Assembly (NCBI GenBank): GCA_964016885.1
Contig: OZ024745.1
Coordinates: 3,720,001-3,784,000, forward strand
Origin: Eledone cirrhosa
Taxonomy: Eukaryota
Direction: 5' to 3'
DNA length: 64,000 nt
Positions 1 through 11,800 of this stretch are shown in pieces. Position 1 is the first letter of the stretch, and each line of letters opens with the position of its first letter. The notes under the pieces are model-generated. The model was not told the origin of the DNA and made no database searches. It saw only the letters and a list, made by a program, of their open reading frames with translations. The position numbers were made by a program, and so were the translations under genes.

Positions 1-2889
1 ACTACTAGAAACTGTTATAACCTGTCACCTGTCCCTAGTTCTGGTGTTCAGTCTAAACTACTAGAAACTGTTCTAACCTGTCACCTGTCCCTAGTTCTGG
101 TGTTCAGTCTAAACTACTAGAGACTGTTATAACCTGTCACCTGTCCCTAGTTCTGGTGTTCAGTCTAAACTACTAGAGACTGTTATAAGCTGTCACCTGT
201 CCCTAGTTCTGGTGTTCAGTCTAAACTACTAGAGACTGTTATAACCTGTCACCTGTCCCTAGTTCTGGTGTTCAGTCTAAACTACTAGAGATTGTTATAA
301 GCTGTCACCTGTCCCTAGTTCTGGTGTTCAGTCTAAACTACTAGAAACTGTTATAAGCTGTCACCTGTCCCTAGTTCTGGTGTTCAGTCTAAACTACTAG
401 AAACTGTTATAACCTGTCACCTGTCCCTATTTCTGGTGTTCAGTCTAAACTACTAGAAACTGTTATAAGGTGGCACCTGTCCCTAGTTCTGGTGTTCAGT
501 CTAAACTACTAGAGACTGTTATAAGCTGTCACCTGTCCCTAGTTCTGGTGTTCAGTCTAAACTACTAGAGACTGTTATAACCTGTCACCTGTCCCTAGTT
601 CTGGTGTTCAGTCTAAACTACTAGAAACTGTTATAACCTGTCACCTGTCCCTAGTTCTGGTGTTCAGTCTAAACTACTAGAAACTGTTATAAGCTGGCAC
701 CTATCCCTAGTTCTGGTGTTCAGTCTAAACTACTAGAGACTGTTATAAGCTGTCACCTGTCCCTAGTTCTGGTGTTCAGTCTAAACTACTAGAGACTGTT
801 ATAACCTGTCCCTAGTTCTGGTGTTCAGTCTAAACTACTAGAAACTGTTATAACCTGTCACCTGTCCCTATTTCTGGTGTTCAGTCTAAACTACTAGAAA
901 CTGTTATAAGCTGGCACCTGTCCCTAGTTCTGGTGTTCAGTCTAAACTACTAGAGACTGTTATAAGCTGTCACCTGTCCCTAGTTCTGGTGTTCAGTCTA
1001 AACTACTAGAGACTGTTATAACCTGTCACTAGTTCTGGTGTTCAGTCTAAACTACTAGAAACTGTTATAACCTGTCACCTGTCCCTAGTTCTGGTGTTCA
1101 GTCTAAACTACTAGAAACTGTTATAACCTGTCACCTGTCCCTAGTTCCGGTGTTCAGTCTAAACTACTAGAGACTGTTATAACCTGTCACCTGTCCCTAG
1201 TTCTGGTGTTCAGGCTAAACTACTAGAGACTGTTATAACCTGTCACCTGTCCCTAGTTCTAGTGTTCAGTCTAAACTACTAGAGACTGTTATAACCGGTC
1301 ACCTGTCCCTAGTTCTGGTGTTCAGGCTAAACTACTAGAGACTGTTATAACCTGTCACCTGTCCCTAGTTCTAGTGTTCAGTCTAAACTACTAGAAACTG
1401 TTCTAACCTGTCACCTGTCCCTAGTTCTGGTGTTCAGTCTAAACTACTAGAAACTGTTCTAACCTGTCACCTGTCCCTAGTTCTGGTGTTCAGTCTAAAC
1501 TACTAGAAACTGTTCTAACCTGTCACCTGTCCCTAGTTCTGGTGTTCAGTCTAAACTACTAGAAACTGTTCTAACCTGTCACCTGTCCCTAGTTCTGGTG
1601 TTCAGTCTAAACTACTAGAAACTGTTCTAACCTGTCACCTGTCCCTAGTTCTGATGTTCAGTCTAAACTACTAGAAACTGTTAGAAGCTGTCACCTGTCC
1701 CTAGTTCTGGTGTTCAGTCTAAACTACTAGAAACTGTTATAACCTGTCACCTGTCCCTAGTTCTGGTGTTCAGTCTAAACTACTAGAAACTGTTCTAACC
1801 TGTCACCTGTCCCTAGTTCTGGTGTTCAGTCTAAACTACTAGAAACTGTTCTAACCGGTCACCTGTCCCTAGTTCTGGTGTTCAGTCTAAACTACTAGAA
1901 ACTGTTCTAACCTGTCACCTGTTCCTAGTTCTGGTGTTCAGTCTAAACTACTAGAAACTGTTCTAACCTGTCACCTGTCCCTAGTTCTGGTGTTCAGTCT
2001 AAACTACTAGAAACTGTTCTAACCCGTCACCTGTCCCTAGTTCTGGTGTTCAGTCTAAACTACTAGAAACTGTTAGAAGCTGTCACCTGTCCCTAGTTCT
2101 GGTGTTCAGTCTAAACTACTAGAAACTGTTATAACCTGTCACCTGTCCCTAGTTCTGGTGTTCAGTCTAAACTACTAGAAACTGTTATAACCTGTCACCT
2201 GTCCCTAGTTCTGGTGTTCAGTCTGAACTACTAGAAACTGTTATAACCTGTCACCTGTCCCTGGTTCTGGTGTTCAGTCTAAACTACTAGAAACTGTTAT
2301 AACCTGTCACCTCTCCCTAGTTCTGGTGTTCAGTCTAAACTACTAGAGACTGTTATAACCTGTCACCTGTCCCTAGTTCTGGTGTTCAGTCTAAACTACT
2401 AGAGACTGTTATAACCTGTCACCTGTCCCTATTTCTGGTGTTCAGTCTAAACTACTAGAGACTGTTATAACCTGTCACCTGTCCCTAGTTCTGGTGTTCA
2501 GTCTAAACTACTAGAAACTGTTATAACCTGTCACCTGTCCCTAGTTCTGGTGTTCAGTCTAAACTACTAGAAACTGTTATAACCTGTCACCTGTCCCTAG
2601 TTCTGGTGTTCAGTCTAAACTACTAGAGACTGTTATAACCTGTCACCTGTCCCTAGTTCTGGTGTTCAGTCTAAACTACTAGAGACTGTTATAACCTGTC
2701 ACCTGTCCCTAGTTCTGGTGTTCAGTCTTAACTACTAGAGACTGTTATAACCTGTCACCTGTCCCTAGTTCTGGTGTTCAGTCTAAACTACTAGATACTG
2801 TTATAAGCTGTCACCTGTCCCTAGTTCTGGTGTTCAGTCTAAACTACTACAAACTGTTATAACCTGTCACCTGTCCCTATTTCTGGTGT

Positions 2890-5800
2890 TCAGTCTAAAC
2901 TACTAGAAACTGTTATAAGCTGTCACCTGTCCCTAGTTCTAGTGTTCAGTCTAAACTACTAGAAACTGTTATAAGCTGTCACCTGTCCCTAGTTCTGGTG
3001 TTCAGTCTAAACTACTAGAGACTGTTATAACCTGTCACCTGTCCCTAGTTCTGGTGTTCAGTCTAAACTACTAGAGACTGTTATAACCTGTCAGCTGTCC
3101 CTAGTTCTGGTGTTCAGTCTAAACTACTAGAGACTGTTATAACCTGTCACCTGTCCCTAGTTCTGGTGTTCAGTCTAAACTACTAGAGACTGTTATAACC
3201 TGTCACCTGTCCCTAGTTCTGGTGTTCAGTCTAAACTACTAGAGACTGTTATAAGCTGTCACCTGTCCCTAGTTCTGGTGTTCAGTCTAAACTACTAGAG
3301 ACTGTTATAACCTGTCACCTGTCCCTAGTTCTGGTGTTCAGTCTAAACTACTAGAAACTGTTATAACCTGTCACCTGTCCCTATTTCTGGTGTTCAGTCT
3401 AAACTACTAGAGACTGTTATAACCTGTCACCTGTCCCTAGTTCTGGTGTTCAGTCTAAACTACTAGAAACTGTTATAACCTGTCACCTGTCCCTAGTTCT
3501 GGTGTTCAGTCTAAACTACTAGAAACTGTTATAACCTGTCACCTGTCCCTAGTTCTGGTGTTCAGTCTAAACTACTAGAGACTGTTATAACCTGTCACCT
3601 GTCCCTAGTTCTGGTGTTCAGTCTAAACTACTAGAGACTGTTATAACCTGTCACTAGTTCTGGTGTTCAGTCTAAACTACTAGAAACTGTTATAACCTGT
3701 CACTAGTTCTGGTGTTCAGTCTAAACTACTAGAAACTGTTATAACCTGTCACCTGTCCCTAGTTCCGGTGTTCAGTCTAAACTACTAGAGACTGTTATAA
3801 CCTGTCACCTGTCCCTAGTTCTGGTGTTCAGGCTAAACTACTAGAGACTGTTATAACCTGTCACCTGTCCTTAGTTCTAGTGTTCAGTCTAAACTACTAG
3901 AGACTGTTATAACCGGTCACCTGTCCCTAGTTCTGGTGTTCAGGCTAAACTACTAGAGACTGTTATAACCTGTCACCTGTCCCTAGTTCTAGTGTTCAGT
4001 CTAAACTACTAGAAACTGTTCTAACCTGTCACCTGTCCCTAGTTCTGGTGTTCAGTCTAAACTACTAGAAACTGTTCTAACCTGTCACCTGTCCCTAGTT
4101 CTGGTGTTCAGTCTAAACTACTAGAAACTGTTCTAACCTGTCACCTGTCCCTAGTTCTGGTGTTCAGTCTAAACTACTAGAAACTGTTCTAACCTGTCAC
4201 CTGTCCCTAGTTCTGGTGTTCAGTCTAAACTACTAGAAACTGTTCTAACCTGTCACCTGTCCCTAGTTCTGATGTTCAGTCTAAACTACTAGAAACTGTT
4301 AGAAGCTGTCACCTGTCCCTAGTTCTGGTGTTCAGTCTAAACTACTAGAAACTGTTATAACCTGTCACCTGTCCCTAGTTCTGGTGTTCAGTCTAAACTA
4401 CTAGAAACTGTTCTAACCTGTCACCTGTCCCTAGTTCTGGTGTTCAGTCTAAACTACTAGAGACTGTTATAAGCTGTCACCTGTCCCTAGTTCTGGTGTT
4501 CAGTCTAAACTACTAGAGACTGTTATAACCTGTCACTAGTTCTGGTGTTCAGTCTAAACTACTAGAAACTGTTATAACCTGTCACCTGTCCCTAGTTCTG
4601 GTGTTCAGTCTAAACTACTAGAAACTGTTATAACCTGTCACCTGTCCCTAGTTCTGGTGTTCAGTCTAAACTACTAGAAACTGTTATAACCTGTCACCTG
4701 TCCCTAGTTCTGGTGTTCAGTCTAAACTACTAGAGACTGTTATAACCTGTCACCTGTCCCTAGTTCTGGTGTTCAGTCTAAACTACTAGAGACTGTTATA
4801 ACCTGTCACTAGTTCTGGTGTTCAGTCTAAACTACTAGAAACTGTTATAACCTGTCACCTGTCCCTAGTTCTGGTGTTCAGTCTAAACTACTAGAAACTG
4901 TTATAACCTGTCACCTGTCCCTAGTTCCGGTGTTCAGTCTAAACTACTAGAGACTGTTATAACCTGTCACCTGTCCCTAGTTCTGGTGTTCAGGCTAAAC
5001 TACTAGAGACTGTTATAACCTGTCACCTGTCCTTAGTTCTAGTGTTCAGTCTAAACTACTAGAGACTGTTATAACCGGTCACCTGTCCCTAGTTCTGGTG
5101 TTCAGGCTAAACTACTAGAAACTGTTATAAGCTGTCACCTGTCCCTAGTTCTGGTGTTCAGTCTAAACTACTAGAGACTGTTATAAGCTGTCACCTGTCC
5201 CTAGTTCTGGTGTTCAGTCTAAACTACTAGAGACTGTTATAACCTGTCACCTGTCCCTAGTTCTGGTGTTCAGTCTAAACTACTAGAGACTGTTATAACC
5301 TGTCAGCTGTCCCTAGTTCTGGTGTTCAGTCTAAACTACTAGAGACTGTTATAACCTGTCACCTGTCCCTAGTTCTGGTGTTCAGTCTAAACTACTAGAG
5401 ACTGTTATAACCTGTCACCTGTCCCTAGTTCTGGTGTTCAGTCTAAACTACTAGAGACTGTTATAAGCTGTCACCTGTCCCTAGTTCTGGTGTTCAGTCT
5501 AAACTACTAGAGACTGTTATAACCTGTCACCTGTCCCTAGTTCTGGTGTTCAGTCTAAACTACTAGAAACTGTTATAACCTGTCACCTGTCCCTATTTCT
5601 GGTGTTCAGTCTAAACTACTAGAGACTGTTATAACCTGTCACCTGTCCCTAGTTCTGGTGTTCAGTCTAAACTACTAGAAACTGTTATAACCTGTCACCT
5701 GTCCCTAGTTCTGGTGTTCAGTCTAAACTACTAGAAACTGTTATAACCTGTCACCTGTCCCTAGTTCTGGTGTTCAGTCTAAACTACTAGAGACTGTTAT

Positions 5801-8800
5801 AACCTGTCACCTGTCCCTAGTTCTGGTGTTCAGTCTAAACTACTAGAGACTGTTATAACCTGTCACTAGTTCTGGTGTTCAGTCTAAACTTCTAGAAACT
5901 GTTATAACCTGTCACCTGTCCCTAGTTCTGGTGTTCAGTCTAAACTACTAGAAACTGTTATAACCTGTCACCTGTCCCTAGTTCCGGTGTTCAGTCTAAA
6001 CTACTAGAGACTGTTATAACCTGTCACCTGTCCCTAGTTCTGGTGTTCAGGCTAAACTACTAGAGACTGTTATAACCTGTCACCTGTCCTTAGTTCTAGT
6101 GTTCAGTCTAAACTACTAGAGACTGTTATAACCGGTCACCTGTCCCTAGTTCTGGTGTTCAGGCTAAACTACTAGAGACTGTTATAACCTGTCACCTGTC
6201 CCTAGTTCTAGTGTTCAGTCTAAACTACTAGAAACTGTTCTAACCTGTCACCTGTCCCTAGTTCTGGTGTTCAGTCTAAACTACTAGAAACTGTTCTAAC
6301 CTGTCACCTGTCCCTAGTTCTGGTGTTCAGTCTAAACTACTAGAAACTGTTCTAACCTGTCACCTGTCCCTAGTTCTGGTGTTCAGTCTAAACTACTAGA
6401 AACTGTTCTAACCTGTCACCTGTCCCTAGTTCTGGTGTTCAGTCTAAACTACTAGAAACTGTTCTAACCTGTCACCTGTCCCTAGTTCTGGTGTTCAGTC
6501 TAAACTACTAGAGACTGTTATAACCTGTCACCTGTCCCTAGTTCTGGTGTTCAGTCTAAACTACTAGAAACTGTTATAACCTGTCACCTGTCCCTATTTC
6601 TGGTGTTCAGTCTAAACTACTAGAAACTGTTATAAGCTGGCACCTGTCCCTAGTTCTGGTGTTCAGTCTAAACTACTAGAGACTGTTATAAGCTGTCACC
6701 TGTCCCTAGTTCTGGTGTTCAGTCTAAACTACTAGAGACTGTTATAACCTGTCACCTGTCCCTAGTTCTGGTGTTCAGTCTAAACTACTAGAAACTGTTA
6801 TAACCTGTCACCTGTCCCTAGTTCTGGTGTTCAGTCTAAACTACTAGAAACTGTTATAAGCTGGCACCTGTCCCTAGTTCTGGTGTTCAGTCTAAACTAC
6901 TAGAGACTGTTATAAGCTGTCACCTGTCCCTAGTTCTGGTGTTCAGTCTAAACTACTAGAGACTGTTATAACCTGTCCCTAGTTCTGGTGTTCAGTCTAA
7001 ACTACTAGAAACTGTTATAACCTGTCACCTGTCCCTATTTCTGGTGTTCAGTCTAAACTACTAGAAACTGTTATAAGCTGGCACCTGTCCCTAGTTCTGG
7101 TGTTCAGTCTAAACTACTAGAGACTGTTATAAGCTGTCACCTGTCCCTAGTTCTGGTGTTCAGTCTAAACTACTAGAGACTGTTATAACCTGTCACTAGT
7201 TCTGGTGTTCAGTCTAAACTACTAGAAACTGTTATAACCTGTCACCTGTCCCTAGTTCTGGTGTTCAGTCTAAACTACTAGAAACTGTTATAACCTGTCA
7301 CCTGTCCCTAGTTCCGGTGTTCAGTCTAAACTACTAGAGACTGTTATAACCTGTCACCTGTCCCTAGTTCTGGTGTTCAGGCTAAACTACTAGAGACTGT
7401 TATAACCTGTCACCTGTCCCTAGTTCTAGTGTTCAGTCTAAACTACTAGAAACTGTTCTAACCTGTCACCTGTCCCTAGTTCTGGTGTTCAGTCTAAACT
7501 ACTAGAAACTGTTCTAACCTGTCACCTGTCCCTAGTTCTGGTGTTCAGTCTAAACTACTAGAAACTGTTCTAACCTGTCACCTGTCCCTAGTTCTGGTGT
7601 TCAGTCTAAACTACTAGAAACTGTTCTAACCTGTCACCTGTCCCTAGTTCTGGTGTTCAGTCTAAACTACTAGAAACTGTTCTAACCTGTCACCTGTCCC
7701 TAGTTCTGATGTTCAGTCTAAACTACTAGAAACTGTTAGAAGCTGTCACCTGTCCCTAGTTCTGGTGTTCAGTCTAAACTACTAGAAACTGTTATAACCT
7801 GTCACCTGTCCCTAGTTCTGGTGTTCAGTCTAAACTACTAGAAACTGTTCTAACCTGTCACCTGTCCCTAGTTCTGGTGTTCAGTCTAAACTACTAGAGA
7901 CTGTTATAAGCTGTCACCTGTCCCTAGTTCTGGTGTTCAGTCTAAACTACTAGAGACTGTTATAACCTGTCACTAGTTCTGGTGTTCAGTCTAAACTACT
8001 AGAAACTGTTATAACCTGTCACCTGTCCCTAGTTCTGGTGTTCAGTCTAAACTACTAGAAACTGTTATAACCTGTCACCTGTCCCTAGTTCTGGTGTTCA
8101 GTCTAAACTACTAGAAACTGTTATAACCTGTCACCTGTCCCTAGTTCTGGTGTTCAGTCTAAACTACTAGAGACTGTTATAACCTGTCACCTGTCCCTAG
8201 TTCTGGTGTTCAGTCTAAACTACTAGAGACTGTTATAACCTGTCACTAGTTCTGGTGTTCAGTCTAAACTACTAGAAACTGTTATAACCTGTCACCTGTC
8301 CCTAGTTCTGGTGTTCAGTCTAAACTACTAGAAACTGTTATAACCTGTCACCTGTCCCTAGTTCCGGTGTTCAGTCTAAACTACTAGAGACTGTTATAAC
8401 CTGTCACCTGTCCCTAGTTCTGGTGTTCAGGCTAAACTACTAGAGACTGTTATAACCTGTCACCTGTCCTTAGTTCTAGTGTTCAGTCTAAACTACTAGA
8501 GACTGTTATAACCGGTCACCTGTCCCTAGTTCTGGTGTTCAGGCTAAACTACTAGAAACTGTTATAAGCTGTCACCTGTCCCTAGTTCTGGTGTTCAGTC
8601 TAAACTACTAGAGACTGTTATAAGCTGTCACCTGTCCCTAGTTCTGGTGTTCAGTCTAAACTACTAGAGACTGTTATAACCTGTCACCTGTCCCTAGTTC
8701 TGGTGTTCAGTCTAAACTACTAGAGACTGTTATAACCTGTCAGCTGTCCCTAGTTCTGGTGTTCAGTCTAAACTACTAGAGACTGTTATAACCTGTCACC

Positions 8801-11800
8801 TGTCCCTAGTTCTGGTGTTCAGTCTAAACTACTAGAGACTGTTATAACCTGTCACCTGTCCCTAGTTCTGGTGTTCAGTCTAAACTACTAGAGACTGTTA
8901 TAAGCTGTCACCTGTCCCTAGTTCTGGTGTTCAGTCTAAACTACTAGAGACTGTTATAACCTGTCACCTGTCCCTAGTTCTGGTGTTCAGTCTAAACTAC
9001 TAGAAACTGTTATAACCTGTCACCTGTCCCTATTTCTGGTGTTCAGTCTAAACTACTAGAGACTGTTATAACCTGTCACCTGTCCCTAGTTCTGGTGTTC
9101 AGTCTAAACTACTAGAAACTGTTATAACCTGTCACCTGTCCCTAGTTCTGGTGTTCAGTCTAAACTACTAGAAACTGTTATAACCTGTCACCTGTCCCTA
9201 GTTCTGGTGTTCAGTCTAAACTACTAGAGACTGTTATAACCTGTCACCTGTCCCTAGTTCTGGTGTTCAGTCTAAACTACTAGAGACTGTTATAACCTGT
9301 CACTAGTTCTGGTGTTCAGTCTAAACTTCTAGAAACTGTTATAACCTGTCACCTGTCCCTAGTTCTGGTGTTCAGTCTAAACTACTAGAAACTGTTATAA
9401 CCTGTCACCTGTCCCTAGTTCCGGTGTTCAGTCTAAACTACTAGAGACTGTTATAACCTGTCACCTGTCCCTAGTTCTGGTGTTCAGGCTAAACTACTAG
9501 AGACTGTTATAACCTGTCACCTGTCCTTAGTTCTAGTGTTCAGTCTAAACTACTAGAGACTGTTATAACCGGTCACCTGTCCCTAGTTCTGGTGTTCAGG
9601 CTAAACTACTAGAGACTGTTATAACCTGTCACCTGTCCCTAGTTCTAGTGTTCAGTCTAAACTACTAGAAACTGTTCTAACCTGTCACCTGTCCCTAGTT
9701 CTGGTGTTCAGTCTAAACTACTAGAAACTGTTCTAACCTGTCACCTGTCCCTAGTTCTGGTGTTCAGTCTAAACTACTAGAAACTGTTCTAACCTGTCAC
9801 CTGTCCCTAGTTCTGGTGTTCAGTCTAAACTACTAGAAACTGTTCTAACCTGTCACCTGTCCCTAGTTCTGGTGTTCAGTCTAAACTACTAGAAACTGTT
9901 CTAACCTGTCACCTGTCCCTAGTTCTGATGTTCAGTCTAAACTACTAGAAACTGTTAGAAGCTGTCACCTGTCCCTAGTTCTGGTGTTCAGTCTAAACTA
10001 CTAGAAACTGTTATAACCTGTCACCTGTCCCTAGTTCTGGTGTTCAGTCTAAACTACTAGAAACTGTTCTAACCTGTCACCTGTCCCTAGTTCTGGTGTT
10101 CAGTCTAAACTACTAGAGACTGTTATAAGCTGTCACCTGTCCCTAGTTCTGGTGTTCAGTCTAAACTACTAGAGACTGTTATAACCTGTCACTAGTTCTG
10201 GTGTTCAGTCTAAACTACTAGAAACTGTTATAACCTGTCACCTGTCCCTAGTTCTGGTGTTCAGTCTAAACTACTAGAAACTGTTATAACCTGTCACCTG
10301 TCCCTAGTTCCGGTGTTCAGTCTAAACTACTAGAGACTGTTATAACCTGTCACCTGTCCCTAGTTCTGGTGTTCAGGCTAAACTACTAGAGACTGTTATA
10401 ACCTGTCACCTGTCCCTAGTTCTAGTGTTCAGTCTAAACTACTAGAGACTGTTATAACCGGTCACCTGTCCCTAGTTCTGGTGTTCAGGCTAAACTACTA
10501 GAGACTGTTATAACCTGTCACCTGTCCCTAGTTCTAGTGTTCAGTCTAAACTACTAGAAACTGTTCTAACCTGTCACCTGTCCCTAGTTCTGGTGTTCAG
10601 TCTAAACTACTAGAAACTGTACTAACCTGTCACCTGTCCCTAGTTCTGGTGTTCAGTCTAAACTACTAGAAACTGTTCTAACCTGTCACCTGTCCCTAGT
10701 TCTGGTGTTCAGTCTAAACTACTAGAAACTGTTCTAACCTGTCACCTGTCCCTAGTTCTGGTGTTCAGTCTAAACTACTAGAAACTGTTCTAACCTGTCA
10801 CCTGTCCCTAGTTCTGATGTTCAGTCTAAACTACTAGAAACTGTTAGAAGCTGTCACCTGTCCCTAGTTCTGGTGTTCAGTCTAAACTACTAGAAACTGT
10901 TATAACCTGTCACCTGTCCCTAGTTCTGGTGTTCAGTCTAAACTACTAGAAACTGTTCTAACCTGTCACCTGTCCCTAGTTCTGGTGTTCAGTCTAAACT
11001 ACTAGAAACTGTTCTAACCTGTCACCTGTCCCTAGTTCTGGTGTTCAGTCTAAACTACTAGAAACTGTTCTAACCTGTCACCTGTTCCTAGTTCTGGTGT
11101 TCAGTCTAAACTACTAGAAACTGTTCTAACCTGTCACCTGTCCCTAGTTCTGGTGTTCAGTCTAAACTACTAGAAACTGTTATAACCTGTCACCTGTCCC
11201 TAGTTCTGGTGTTCAGTCTGAACTACTAGAAACTGTTATAACCTGTCACCTGTCCCTAGTTCTGGTGTTCAGTCTAAACTACTAGAAACTGTTCTAACCT
11301 GTCACCTGTCCCTAGTTCTGGTGTTCAGTCTAAACTACTAGAGACTGTTATAACCTGTCACCTGTCCCTAGTTCTGGTGTTCAGTCTAAACTACTAGAGA
11401 CTGTTATAACCTGTCACCTGTCCCTAGTTCTGGTGTTCAGTCTAAACTACTAGAGACTGTTATAACCTGTCACCTGTCCCTAGTTCTGGTGTTCAGTCTA
11501 AACTACTAGAGACTGTTATAACCTGTCACCTGTCCCTAGTTCTGGTGTTCAGTCTAAACTACTAGAGACTGTTATAAGCTGTCACCTGTCCCTAGTTCTG
11601 GTGTTCAGTCTAAACTACTAGAGACTGTTATAACCTGTCACCTGTCCCTAGTTCTGGTGTTCAGTCTAAACTACTAGAAACTGTTATAACCTGTCACCTG
11701 TCCCTATTTCTGGTGTTCAGTCTAAACTACTAGAGACTGTTATAACCTGTCACCTGTCCCTAGTTCTGGTGTTCAGTCTAAACTACTAGAAACTGTTATA

